Under the pieces are notes generated by a model. The model saw nothing but the letters and a program-made list of their open reading frames with translations, did no database searches and was not told where the DNA came from. Of a DNA stretch of 64,000 bases, positions 43,219 to 54,152 are shown piece by piece (the first letter of the stretch is position 1; every line of letters begins with the position of its first letter). A program made the translations under genes and the position numbers. Source of the stretch: an uncultured delta proteobacterium (GTDB lineage Bacteria; Desulfobacterota; Desulfobacteria; Desulfobacterales; B30-G6); contig CAWGLD010000001.1 in NCBI GenBank assembly GCA_963823335.1, forward strand, positions 96,001 to 160,000, written 5' to 3'.

Positions 43219-43521
43219 ATGATGAAAAACATCATAATCACAGCAATTGTTATTTTTATAGTCGTCGAACTTATCGAACATATTATTTTCCCGATAGTTT
43301 GGTACATCTTGAAAGGGAGGAAAAAATCTACGTATGGTGTGACCAGCATGATAGGGAAAGTTGTTGAGATTCGTACATGGCATAATACTAAAGGACAAGT
43401 ATTAATCAACGGCGAGTTATGGAAAGCTGAATGCGAGGCTTCCTTACCCGTTGGTGGCAAAGCGGTGGTTTATGATATTGATGGACTTACATTGAAGTTA
43501 AAGCCTTACGAAAATTCATAG
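43219..43521 (+). CDS. NfeD-like membrane protein, copy 2
   Basis: Identical to copy 1. Confidence 0.8.
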   Translation: MMKNIIITAIVIFIVVELIEHIIFPIVWYILKGRKKSTYGVTSMIGKVVEIRTWHNTKGQVLINGELWKAECEASLPVGGKAVVYDIDGLTLKLKPYENS

Positions 43522-43574
43522 AGGAGGTTTTACTACCTTAATCCATAAATATTTATCATAATGGAAGGTGCTTC

Positions 43575-43769
43575 ATGAAAACAGACTTATACGCAAAGAC
43601 CATCTTGACCATTATGGCTATCTGCCTGCTGTATATGACTTGCAGGGATATGGTAGTACCAGCTTATGCAGATCGTAACGATATCGTTGACGTCAATATC
43701 GTAGCAGTGAGTGGAAACAGGATCGGTTTGTATGATAAGGCGTTGCCGGTTAAGGTAGTGCCGGAATAA
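43575..43769 (+). CDS. Small secreted/membrane hypothetical protein (truncated copy at 30045-30188)
   Basis: RBS-like ggaagg, hydrophobic N-terminus. Confidence 0.6.
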   Translation: MKTDLYAKTILTIMAICLLYMTCRDMVVPAYADRNDIVDVNIVAVSGNRIGLYDKALPVKVVPE

Positions 43770-44705
43770 AATGGGAGGTTGGGGAGAAAGAAACAATTAA
43801 GGCTTCCCTCAATGCCGTATAAACGTACACCAGAGAAGCCTATTAAATGCCACATCCAGCAACCCGTTTTTAAAGTATAACCTCTGGAGGCTAAAAAAGC
43901 CATCACATGGTTTAATAGTTGGTGTTGAAGCTGAGTGACATTTAGTGCTTTTTAAATTACCATAGACATAAAATAATGTCAATAATCAGCATGTCAATCC
44001 GGCGCAGCCTATTATTTCTTTAGCTTGATATTACAAAGTTGACAATCCCAGCAAATTGAAGAACCTCGCAGCAAGCTACGGGGAATGCGCTCGCTTTTTC
44101 GGTTCAATATGATTACCTGAAAACTAAATCGTGGGTGATTTAATTTGCAACTTGCAGCCCACTTTAAACTAAACTGCTAAGGCGCTGCATTGATGCCCTG
44201 TGCTATTAGCACTGGGCATTTTTTATTGTGTGCGCCCGACAGGGGCAAGGGTTAGGTTTTAAAAGTTGGAAACGCTGCTAAACAGTTCCATCCTTGCAAA
44301 AAGTTACAAGTTTGCTGGGATGGTACATGCGTATACCAACTATTATCGAAGTACTGATATATGCAATATATTTTGCCGAAATGATTTTAAACAGCCAGTT
44401 GCTAACCCAATTTCAGATATGTGAAATCATCAAACTATGGAGGACGCGAAGACCTGGGATACTGATGGCATTGGCAGGTGAATTGGCTTATCAGGACAGG
44501 AGGGGGATTTTAACTTTAGGCTCTTTTACTTCCGCTTGCATTGCAGCCTCCAGTTGTTCATCGAACCAAGCGGTATAAAGTTCCATTGCCTTCTTCAAAT
44601 CTTCGTTGTCCGGCTTGATGTGATACCACTTTTTCTGAGGACCGTTGTGTGGTACGGTGCAGTGAGTTTCATCACCTCTAAATATAATCATAAGGAGGAG
44701 TGGGT

Positions 44706-45596
44706 ATGGCAACAGCACATGCGAACGGCATAAAGATTGAATATGAAACCTTTGGAGATCCTTCCTTACCTGCACTGCTTTTGATTATTGGACTTGGGAG
44801 TCAGCTGATTCATTGGCAAGATCAGTTTTGTCAACAGATTGCTGCAAATGGATATCACGTAATAAGATACGATAACAGAGATGTTGGCCTGTCGACCAAG
44901 TTTGATGAGGTAAGGATGCCACAAATCATGGAGAAAGTCATGGCGATATTCTCTGGGCAGGAAGTTACGACACCTTATACAATTGATGATATGGCCAATG
45001 ACGCAGTAGGATTGCTTGATGCACTAAATATAGACAAGGCTCACATTTGTGGGATGTCCATGGGTGGTATGATTGCCCAAACCTTCGCCATAAACAATCC
45101 CTCTCGCACCTTGAGTCTGATATCTATTTACAGCCATAGTGGTCGGAAGGAGTTCGTTCCTACACAAGAAGTTATGGAAGCAATGATGGAGCCAGTTCCA
45201 GAAGAACGTAGGCAGTATATTGATTATCAATTGAAATTTTTTAAGTTGGTTTATGGTACAGGACTGCCTTTTGATGTTGAATTTCATAGAACAGTGTTTG
45301 CTCGTACTTACGATCGTTCTTTTTGCCCTGAAGGAACAGGCCGTCAATATCTTGCTATAATGGTCCAAAAGGATAGGACACAAGAACTTAAGAAACTCAA
45401 GGTTCCATCCTTGATAGTTCATGGCGATGAGGATCCACTTGTGCAATTGGCTGGAGGAAAAGCGACTGCTGATGCTATTCCGGGCGCAAAGCTAATGATC
45501 GTAAAGGGGATGGGGCATGTGCTTCCTAACTTAAATTCATATTGGAACGACATCAAAAATGCCATAATAAATCATATGGGAAAAGCAGAAACATGA
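44706..45596 (+). CDS. Alpha/beta hydrolase
   Basis: DNRDVGLS, GMSMGG, HGDEDP, GMGH. Confidence 0.92.
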   Translation: MATAHANGIKIEYETFGDPSLPALLLIIGLGSQLIHWQDQFCQQIAANGYHVIRYDNRDVGLSTKFDEVRMPQIMEKVMAIFSGQEVTTPYTIDDMANDAVGLLDALNIDKAHICGMSMGGMIAQTFAINNPSRTLSLISIYSHSGRKEFVPTQEVMEAMMEPVPEERRQYIDYQLKFFKLVYGTGLPFDVEFHRTVFARTYDRSFCPEGTGRQYLAIMVQKDRTQELKKLKVPSLIVHGDEDPLVQLAGGKATADAIPGAKLMIVKGMGHVLPNLNSYWNDIKNAIINHMGKAET

Positions 45597-45616
45597 AACA
45601 GAAAGCCAGGGGAAAG

Positions 45617-45692
45617 GTGGTACGCTGGGCATGACCAGATGGTATCGGTAATAATTTGGTCGAGTTTGATAACTGGACTTGTCTCCATGTAT
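45617..45692 (+). repeat. Right half of the module
   Basis: gtggtacgctgggcatgaccagatggtatcggt...ggacttgtctccatgtat. Confidence 0.9.
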
Positions 45693-45738
45693 AGCAACCG
45701 TACATTTTATTAATTTCAGTCGATAGGACATCTGATCA

Positions 45739-46701
45739 TTGTTCAACTACAGAATACTCATATTTACATTCTTTATGTCGTCTTTTATGTCCCTTTCTTC
45801 AGTTGCTCATGCACATTTCTCTTTTACGGTCACTTCTGATCAAAGAAATTATGCTGGACCTGGAGCTTACGAAAACCCCAGCTATTTTAAGGGGATTGTT
45901 GAGGCTATCCAGAATAAAGGAGGCGGTGCCTTTATGATTAGTCCAGGCGACATTGACCCTCCTGCGGCATCAAAGTGGACGATTGAACAGGTTCTGGGAA
46001 TGAATTACATATGGTATCCGGTCGTAGGAAACCACGAACTCCCTGGAAAAGGCAAAGAAGATTATTATGGCTCAAACATGGAATGGCTGCGAGGGTACAA
46101 TTACGATGCCAACGGTTATGGAATACAGCCTGATATTGTGAACACTGGTCCTTCTGGATGTCCAGGAACTACTTACTCCTTCGATTATGATAATGCGCAT
46201 TTTGTTGTAGTAAACAATTATTGCGACAACGATGGGGACAATGTTACGAACGGTGATATCACTGAACATTTATACAACTGGTTGGCAAGCGATTTGACTG
46301 CTACCAACAAGGAACACATTTTCGTTATCGGCCATGAACCCGCTTATCCTCAACCCGACGCCGACAATGGTCGGGCTCGCCATATGGAAGACAGTCTAAA
46401 TTCAAACCCAGCAAATCGCGATCGTTTTTGGAAGCTCTTAAATAAGGCGGGTGTGTTAGCCTACATTTGCGGTCATACGCACAATTACAGCGTGGTAAAA
46501 ATTGAAGGGGTCTGGCAGATAGAAAGTGGCCATGCGCGTGGACAAGGAGATTTAGGTGCCCCAAGTACGTTTCTAATAATTCATGTAAACGGTGACACGG
46601 TGGAGTTTAACACCTACCGCGATGTTCATAATGAAGTGTATGATTACATTGATATCATACACAGAGGGACACTGAAATCTAAAGTTAAAGCAATGGACTG
46701 A
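45739..46701 (+). CDS. Calcineurin-like metallophosphoesterase, probably secreted
   Basis: SD, PGD, GNHE, GHEP, GHTH. Confidence 0.88.
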   Translation: MFNYRILIFTFFMSSFMSLSSVAHAHFSFTVTSDQRNYAGPGAYENPSYFKGIVEAIQNKGGGAFMISPGDIDPPAASKWTIEQVLGMNYIWYPVVGNHELPGKGKEDYYGSNMEWLRGYNYDANGYGIQPDIVNTGPSGCPGTTYSFDYDNAHFVVVNNYCDNDGDNVTNGDITEHLYNWLASDLTATNKEHIFVIGHEPAYPQPDADNGRARHMEDSLNSNPANRDRFWKLLNKAGVLAYICGHTHNYSVVKIEGVWQIESGHARGQGDLGAPSTFLIIHVNGDTVEFNTYRDVHNEVYDYIDIIHRGTLKSKVKAMD

Positions 46702-47276
46702 ATATGCGAGAAGCCATTGTAAAGGAAGCCGATATTGTAATGCCTGAAGTGGAAATAGCCAAGGTTTCCATGAGAATTATGTTGTCGTTAATCAATACAG
46801 GCAAAAAAATATTTGGGAAAGAGCCTATTGATGTTGGGGCTGTCCAATTGGAAGGTTTTATCAATTGGCTAATAAAGGGGTATAGGGGAGCAACATAATA
46901 ATTTGCGGTGTAAAATATGCCTACTCCTAACCGGTGTTTGCAACGCAAGAATACGGCTATAATCGTTCAGTCTGAGCAATTGTCCGAAGACTGAAGACGC
47001 CCATAAAACCACAATTATTTCTCAGAAGGACTAGAGCTATCTCAAAAAAGTTTTTTGACCCAATTTCTGTGTTGGTCCTTGCTTCAACTCCTCGGAATAC
47101 TTCAGTATGCCTGCGGGTTGAAGTTCGGGCCCGCCTTGAACTTGAGCCAAAACCCTTTTTTTGAGATGGCTCTATACCATTTTTTACGGCAAATGGTTTC
47201 ATTCCATCTCAGTGCCGCTGTATCGATGATCTTTTTGCGTACAGGCCACAATTATGGTGAAATCATTTACAAATGA

Positions 47277-48167
47277 TTAAGCGGCAGCGGGATTGGCTTC
47301 TCGTCTAACAAGATAAAGACCGCTCGACACAATGATAGCCGCCCCAAAGATGGTCCAGCCATCCGGTAGATCTCCAAACAGGAAAAACCCAAGAATCGTA
47401 GCCCAGATGAGTGACGTATAATTAAATGGTGCCAACAAAGATGCCGGCGCTTTTTCAAATGCCTTAATCATGAAAAAGTGGCCTACCGCTCCGAGAAATC
47501 CAAGCCACATCAGGTGTAACCATTGTATAGGAGATGGAGCTTTCCAGAAGAATAGAATCATAACGCTCGAAAGGATCAAACCACCAGTGCTTGTATAGAA
47601 TAGTGTCGTTAATGCGTTATCTCTTTGTCCAAGAATACGAGTTGTTATCAGAATAGTAGCGTAAAAAAAGGCCGATAATAGTGGAAATATCACCGCCCAA
47701 TGAACAATTCCCATTCCGGGTCGTATAACAAATATCACACCAAGAAGCCCTATGATTACACTGCCCCAACGATGAGAACCGAACTTTTCACCTAATAGAA
47801 ACACTGCGAGTATGGTAACCAATAATGGTGAAATGAAAGATATCACCGTGCAATCAGCAAGGGGCAAATACATCAACCCTGACCAAAACGTCACGCCCGC
47901 GCCAAATATTAGAACAGAACGAAGGATCTGCAATTTTAGGTTCTTCGTGAATATAATATCTCTTGGTGCCCCTCGCAAAAAGAATATCGTGAAAAAAATA
48001 AAATGAAAAAAATAACGCCCCCACATCACCATCCATAAAGGGAGCTCTCTACAAACATACTTTGCTGATGCATCCAATATAGAGAAACAAGCGGTCATGA
48101 TAATCATTAAACCGATGCCATATAGTGGACTATTCAAAGGTGAAGATAGTGTGAGATTGTTTGACAT
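47277..48167 (-). CDS. DMT/EamA transporter
   Basis: 10-TM pattern, LLGEK, APF.Y. Confidence 0.9.
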   Translation of the reverse strand: MSNNLTLSSPLNSPLYGIGLMIIMTACFSILDASAKYVCRELPLWMVMWGRYFFHFIFFTIFFLRGAPRDIIFTKNLKLQILRSVLIFGAGVTFWSGLMYLPLADCTVISFISPLLVTILAVFLLGEKFGSHRWGSVIIGLLGVIFVIRPGMGIVHWAVIFPLLSAFFYATILITTRILGQRDNALTTLFYTSTGGLILSSVMILFFWKAPSPIQWLHLMWLGFLGAVGHFFMIKAFEKAPASLLAPFNYTSLIWATILGFFLFGDLPDGWTIFGAAIIVSSGLYLVRREANPAAA

Positions 48168-48294
48168 TTGTTGTTGGTCTGCCTATTCAGGTCAGCATCA
48201 AATTTATGAAAAGCGTGTCTGTCTATCAGCATCTGGTAGCGTGTGTCAATTCATTTAAAACATCCGATCAATTCCAATACTCGCCAAACAGCCC

Positions 48295-48421
48295 TGTGTT
48301 CGATTATATTCACAACTACCCAAACCTTGCCAAAACAGTTCTCCCCGTGATACCTTGGAAAAAGCCAAAGCGTATCGGCGATATTGCTATAAATTCCAAT
48401 ATGTAAAATTCTCCATGTCTC
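48295..48421 (+). repeat. Diverged module copy
   Basis: gtgttcgattatattcacaac...ttgccaaaac...gtgataccttgg...tatcgg...ttctccatgt. Confidence 0.75.
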
Positions 48422-48500
48422 TGTGGCCACTGATATCTGGTTTTCAGGTTATGGGTACTAAGCGTAGAATTTGGATTTCGCACAAATCGGAGGCTTCCAT

Positions 48501-49082
48501 ATGTCAACCTGTTGGATTACAGTAATTTCACCGGATTCAGCCTCAGGCATGCTAAAAGATGTCTACGAACGAGTGAAATCACCCAGTGGTCAGGTTGACC
48601 GTGTCTACCAGGCTCAAAGTCTGAGGCCGGATATCATTCTGGGACACGACCGGCTGTATCGTAGCACGCTTCATTTTGAAGACCCAGCATGCCCATCATG
48701 GTTTCTTGAGGCTGTCGCAGTTTATACCAGCGTATTGAACCGATGCCCCTATGCAGTGGAACATCATTATGCCAACATGAAACATCTGTTGGGAGAACCC
48801 AATCGTTCAGCGGATATTCTGGATGCATTTCAAAACGACAGCCTGGACGTAGTTTTTGAAGGCAAGGAGCTGCATTTGTTGATGTATGCAAGGAAGCTGA
48901 CCAAAACGCCAGACAAATTATATCGCATCGACATCGATCAATTGAGGGAACAGGGTGCCAAAGATGAAGAGATACTGGAGGTCAACCAGGTGGCAGCCAG
49001 CTTTAATTACTCCAATCGTGTTATTAACGGACTCGGTGTCAAGCTTGGCAATGAACAGGTTGGATACTATGAAACAAAGTGA
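48501..49082 (+). CDS. Peroxidase-related AhpD/CMD family protein
   Basis: E.VAV.TS.LN.C.Y...HH, FNYSNR..NGLGV. Confidence 0.85.
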   Translation: MSTCWITVISPDSASGMLKDVYERVKSPSGQVDRVYQAQSLRPDIILGHDRLYRSTLHFEDPACPSWFLEAVAVYTSVLNRCPYAVEHHYANMKHLLGEPNRSADILDAFQNDSLDVVFEGKELHLLMYARKLTKTPDKLYRIDIDQLREQGAKDEEILEVNQVAASFNYSNRVINGLGVKLGNEQVGYYETK

Positions 49083-49273
49083 GCTGGCTTTGAAATAAAA
49101 TAGTCAAACAACCCTGGCGATCGTATGATCAACATGTCAATCCAGTTTAATCTCTTATTCTCAGGGCGAGAAATTAGTTGACATACCATATTGTGATATA
49201 CGTTGAGGATGGAACCTCCGACCAATGAAACGTTCGTGTTCCCTCCATTCACGCCATGGCCCTGCTCTTACCT

Positions 49274-49397
49274 GTGGTATCTAACAACAAAACGGTAGAT
49301 ATCAGACCCCTGAAAATTGCCGGTTTGCGAAAATAATCACAACAGGCGAAATCTTGCACTCATAGGCTCTTCCGTGGTACCGTGGGCATAACCAGAT
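49274..49397 (+). repeat. Left two-thirds of the module (includes the promoter motif)
   Basis: caacaaaacggtagatatcag...aataatcacaac...gtggtaccgtgg. Confidence 0.9.
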
Positions 49398-49431
49398 AGA
49401 GACTTTCAATTGTCGATAAGGAGGGAATATT

Positions 49432-50511
49432 ATGAAAGTATTAGCCCTTAATTCCAGTGCACGGACCGGGGGCCAGAGTAAAACCGAACTGATGCTAAGC
49501 CACTTGGTAGAAGGAATGCACGAGGCAGGAGCCGATGTTGATGTGGTCAATCTACTGGAAAAGAATATAAAAAACTGTGTCGGGTGCTTTTCCTGTATGA
49601 CCAAAACCCCGGGGAAATGTGTGCTCAAGGACGACATGACAGGAGAGCTCTTCCCAAAATGGCTGGAATCCGACCTGATTATATACGCCACACCTCTATT
49701 CCATCATACTGTCAATGCAACCATGAAGACCTTTATAGAGAGAACCTTTCCGATTTGCGAACCCTTCCTCCTGGAAAGGGAGGGGCGCTGGGTTCACCCC
49801 CTTCGAAGGAATCACCCTGGGGCAGTGGTTCTTTCCGTATGCGGGTTTCCCGCAATGTCCGCCTTTAGCGCCCTGACTCACTACGCGAAATTTCTTTTTG
49901 AAGAGCAGGAAAAAGGGAGGCTATGGGCCGAAATCTATCGCCCAGCTGCCGAATTTATGTACCGAAACGTCGATAAGCAGAAAGATATACTCGACGCCAC
50001 CAGGCAGGCGGGGAGGGAACTCGTGGAGGCTCACAAGGTTTCTCCGGGAACACTAGCGCGCATAGAACAGCCACTTGCTGATAATCTTTCTGATTTTGCA
50101 AAGATTACAAACTGTATGTGGGGGACCTGCATTGCCGAAGGGATTACCAAGAAAAAATTTGAGAAACAAGATATGATACCCAGACCCGATTCAATCGAGA
50201 CTTTTATGCTCCTGATGCCCATGGGATTTAATCCTGAACGTGCCGGTGATACAAAAGCGACCTTACAGTTCGAATTTACAGGCAGCGTGGAAGGCTCATG
50301 CCACCTTATAATTTCAGATGGAACTATCAAGGCCAGGGAAGGAAAATCAGAAAAACCGGATCTTGTAATAAAGACACCCTTCGATGTCTGGATGGATATT
50401 CAAACCGGCAAAGCGGATGGAGGTCAGATGTTTATGGAGGAAAAGTATAAGGCAGAGGGTGACATGGAGCTGTTATTGAATATGAGTAAGTTCTTCGGCC
50501 AGAACCATTAG
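49432..50511 (+). CDS. Iron-sulfur flavoprotein/NADPH-FMN reductase with SCP2 domain
   Basis: CVGCFSC...PGKC, YATP; C-terminal SCP2-like fold. Confidence 0.85.
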   Translation: MKVLALNSSARTGGQSKTELMLSHLVEGMHEAGADVDVVNLLEKNIKNCVGCFSCMTKTPGKCVLKDDMTGELFPKWLESDLIIYATPLFHHTVNATMKTFIERTFPICEPFLLEREGRWVHPLRRNHPGAVVLSVCGFPAMSAFSALTHYAKFLFEEQEKGRLWAEIYRPAAEFMYRNVDKQKDILDATRQAGRELVEAHKVSPGTLARIEQPLADNLSDFAKITNCMWGTCIAEGITKKKFEKQDMIPRPDSIETFMLLMPMGFNPERAGDTKATLQFEFTGSVEGSCHLIISDGTIKAREGKSEKPDLVIKTPFDVWMDIQTGKADGGQMFMEEKYKAEGDMELLLNMSKFFGQNH

Positions 50512-51050
50512 AAAAAGAGCGTTGAAGATTTCGGCTATCATTGTTCACTCAGACCTATGACTTTAAAAGCGTGGATTGATAATAAAATTCCACGCTTTTG
50601 TTGTTTCTATGGCTATACAATATAATGTGGTGATGGCGTCTGGCATGAAACCTGTGATTTCTCCATCTATCGTTACTTGCCCAATATTTGGTTTTAGAGA
50701 AACATTTCAGAACATATCACAACCCATTCAAAGCACCTGAAAAATCCATATCTTGTGGACTTCATAATTTTTTGATATTGTGCCGATTAATCTGAAGCAG
50801 GCGAGAATTTGACCTGATCTTCCAACACACCGCACCACAATACACCTGGTTCAGTCTTTCGTTCACACGTTTCACAATAGCTCAACGATACTTGAGTTTG
50901 GTGTAACTTAACAATAATGCAAGTATCTTTGACTAGAAGCTATCTCAAGCAGTGTTAATATATGGCAACCTTCGGCTTCATGTACGAAGTACTTATACGC
51001 TGCATAGAGTACCCGGTTAACCGCACTTCCTGTCTGGGGCTTTTTTGCGT

Positions 51051-51488
51051 TTATAAGGACTGCTTTACAAGCTGTGCTTTGAGTGCTGCATTCTCTGCTT
51101 TGAGTTTTTTAACATATGCCAGGATCCCCTCACCCAGAACCTGTGCTGAGAGTTTTTGAGTGTCCACTGGTTTGACTTTCTTTTTTTTCGAAGGGGTTGA
51201 GATGTGCTTAGGTGTCCTGCGTCTATCACCGGATTGCCCCACCGCTTTGAGGTTGACTCCCGACACCCTCTCATAGATCTTCTGATTTTTTCCTTTCTTT
51301 CCAATTATTCTGTAGGCACCTGGAAAGAATGCTAACCTACGAAAGCAGGTGGAGACCAGAGACAGTGGGATCTCATCCCCATGCTCCTTTGCAAGTTCCT
51401 TATGCACACCTGCAACAGTGACGTTCTCCTGGTTGTTTTGCAACCAATCTCTGACCACTTTAGTCTTCCAACCTCTGATCTTTTCCAT
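51051..51488 (-). CDS. Hypothetical basic protein
   Basis: RBS ggaggg, 145 aa, coiled-coil tail. Confidence 0.55.
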   Translation of the reverse strand: MEKIRGWKTKVVRDWLQNNQENVTVAGVHKELAKEHGDEIPLSLVSTCFRRLAFFPGAYRIIGKKGKNQKIYERVSGVNLKAVGQSGDRRRTPKHISTPSKKKKVKPVDTQKLSAQVLGEGILAYVKKLKAENAALKAQLVKQSL

Positions 51489-51644
51489 GTTAATTCCCTC
51501 CTACTACTCTAAGTTTAGGTGCAGTCCCCATTCCGGTATCGACATCATTCAGGCTATTGCCAAGTCATAGCTTCTTTGGCACCACCTTGGTAGTGGTCAT
51601 AGATCATGGTTGCTTCCAAGGTATAATGCCCATAAGCTTCTGGA

Positions 51645-51765
51645 CGGTCAGGGTGTTCGTCCCTTGAGCGCTTGCTTCCATAGGATCGCAGCGACGGGAC
51701 GCTGGGTTCAGAAAAGAATTTAACACCCCCGCTGAACAGTCAAAATACGCGACTTCGTGTCGCAA
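51645..51765 (-). mobile_element. 5' fragment of a related group II intron
   Basis: Reverse complement matches 367-~480 (ttgcgacacgaagtcgcgtattt...gtcccgtcgctgcgatcctatggaagc). Confidence 0.85.
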
Positions 51766-51769
51766 TACC

Positions 51770-51878
51770 GATACATGGGAGATATCCAGTTATCAAACGC
51801 AACCAAATTATTACCGATACCATTAGGTTATGCCCAAGGTATCATGGGGAGGACTGTTTTGGCAAGGTTTGGGTATTC
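51770..51878 (-). repeat. Inverted, diverged module copy
   Basis: Reverse complement: acccaaaccttgccaaaac...tgataccttgg...tggtatcggtaat...gataactggatatctcccatgtatc. Confidence 0.85.
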
Positions 51879-52328
51879 GTTAATCTGATACCGTTTCCCC
51901 GCTCGGTAAAACCCGTTTTTCCGTTCTGATCAGGCAACCTCAAGGAGGTGAATATTGGCCACCCGCTTGCACAGGCTGTACATTCTTTGCAGTTTATCCA
52001 AAGCGGACACCTCTATACATTAGCCCAACCATTATTTCAAATCAGTTTAAACATACAAGACAGGAAATATTATGATATCATCACCTCGGCTGGACTCGCC
52101 TGAGCCGGTGATATCAGATAAAACTTAACAGCACATGGTTCGATGAAGAGCTCGAAAATACAATTCTTGACCCATCCTTCCAAATCAGGTACTAATTTTA
52201 TAGTCGCTTAAATCACACCTGCTCTGATGCTGGATCTCATTTCCAACGGACCTAACCTCTTTCTGTAACAGATATTGCATTTCCAAGACGTATCATCTTC
52301 TTCAAACCCCAACCAGAAGGTGATCCAC

Positions 52329-54086
52329 ATGCCCACAGAACCAAAGTTAACACGCAAACTCAGAGCCATCCTGTCTGCGGATGTTAAGGGCTACAGCATC
52401 CTTATGGCTGATGATGAAGTTCATACTATCCAGACGCTGAAAGCGTACAGGCAAATTATGTCTGATCTCATCCAACAGCATTCTGGTCGAGTAATCGATA
52501 AACCGGGTGACAATCTACTTGCCGAGTTTGGGAGTGCTGTTGATGCTGTTGAGTGTGCTGTACAGGTCCAAAACAGACTGAAGAAAGAAAATGCAAAGTT
52601 CGTTGGGGAAAAAAGAGTTCAGTTCCGCATTGGCGTAAATATAGGTGACATTGTTCAAGATGAAGATCGTATATACGGAAGTGGTGTAAATGTTGCTGCT
52701 CGAATTGAAGGGCTGGCTGATCCGGGTGGTATATGCGTATCCCGAAGTGTATATGACCAAGTGAAAGATAAAATCGAGTTGAGGTTTGAATACATAGGTG
52801 CGCATGAGGTCAAGAACATAAAAGGACCGGTGCGTGTGTACAGGGTCCTGATGGATTCTGACAAACCGAAACTTCTGGTTGAAAAAAGACTTGAGTTGCC
52901 AGATAAACCGTCCATTGCAGTCCTGCCATTCACTAACATGAGCGGTGATCCAAGTCAGGAGTACTTCAGTGACGGGCTTACTGAGCAGATCATCAACGGT
53001 CTTTGTAAGGTTTCAAATCTGTTCGTGATAGCACGTAACTCAAGCTTCGCCTATAAGGGAAAATCGATCAGTGCCAAGCATATCGCCAAGGAACTTGGAG
53101 TTAAATACATCCTTGAAGGAAGTGTACAGAGGGCTGGCGATCGTGTGAGGATTACAGCACAACTGATCGATGCTACAACGGACTACCATATGTGGGCAGA
53201 TAGCTATGATCGTGATCTATCAGACATATTTGCTTTGCAAGATGAAATTGCATTAAAACTCATGGGGGCCATGTCAGTAAATCTGACCTTTGGGGAGCAG
53301 GCGCGATTATGGGACGGAGGAACAACAAATATCCAGGCTTATGATATGCATATGCGAGGAAATGATTGCTTCTTTCGTAACAACAGAAAAGATAATAAAC
53401 AGGCACAGCAATTTTATCAGAAAGCTATCCACATCGATAAGGAATATGTCTCTCCATATACCATGCTGGGCTTCACACATATTCTTGATCTCCTCTATAG
53501 ATGGAGTGAGTCACCAATAAAATCCTTTGAGCAAGCTGAAACATATGCTGACAGGGCCCTTACATTGAATGATTCTTATGATATAGCCCATATGCTATTG
53601 GGTTGGATTTACCTGTTTAAAAGACAACATGATGAGGCAATTAAAAAAGGAGAGCGAGCTGTTGAACTTAATCCTAACGGAGCTGAAGCCTACGCCAATC
53701 TGGCATTCATCCTTATCTATTCAGATAGAACAGAATTAGGTATCAAATTCCTTAAATGGGCATTTCGGCTTAATCCATTACCACCCTTTCACTTTTATAT
53801 ATTTCTGGCAATAGCTCACCGAAATAATGGAGAATATGAGAAAGCAATAGCGTTAGCTGAACAGAGTATTCGTGGTAACCCAGACCAGCTTACACCGTAT
53901 CTTACATTGGCCTCTTCTTATAGTTCTTTGAACCGTGCTGAAGAAGCTCGCAAGGTTGTTGAGGTAGCCCTACGAATAGATCCGAATTTCTCTCTCGAAC
54001 ATTATGCGAAGACACTTCCATATAAGAATCAAGAAAGTTTGGATAACGATATCAATTCTCTTCGCAAAGCAGGACTACCCGAATAG
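52329..54086 (+). CDS. Adenylate/guanylate cyclase-TolB-N-TPR protein
   Basis: Paralogue of 7357-9123. Confidence 0.9.
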   Translation: MPTEPKLTRKLRAILSADVKGYSILMADDEVHTIQTLKAYRQIMSDLIQQHSGRVIDKPGDNLLAEFGSAVDAVECAVQVQNRLKKENAKFVGEKRVQFRIGVNIGDIVQDEDRIYGSGVNVAARIEGLADPGGICVSRSVYDQVKDKIELRFEYIGAHEVKNIKGPVRVYRVLMDSDKPKLLVEKRLELPDKPSIAVLPFTNMSGDPSQEYFSDGLTEQIINGLCKVSNLFVIARNSSFAYKGKSISAKHIAKELGVKYILEGSVQRAGDRVRITAQLIDATTDYHMWADSYDRDLSDIFALQDEIALKLMGAMSVNLTFGEQARLWDGGTTNIQAYDMHMRGNDCFFRNNRKDNKQAQQFYQKAIHIDKEYVSPYTMLGFTHILDLLYRWSESPIKSFEQAETYADRALTLNDSYDIAHMLLGWIYLFKRQHDEAIKKGERAVELNPNGAEAYANLAFILIYSDRTELGIKFLKWAFRLNPLPPFHFYIFLAIAHRNNGEYEKAIALAEQSIRGNPDQLTPYLTLASSYSSLNRAEEARKVVEVALRIDPNFSLEHYAKTLPYKNQESLDNDINSLRKAGLPE

Positions 54087-54152
54087 ATACCATACTCACT
54101 GTAACCCCATATGTTGCCCAACCCCGAAGGTATTGAAAGAGAGGGCCCACCG

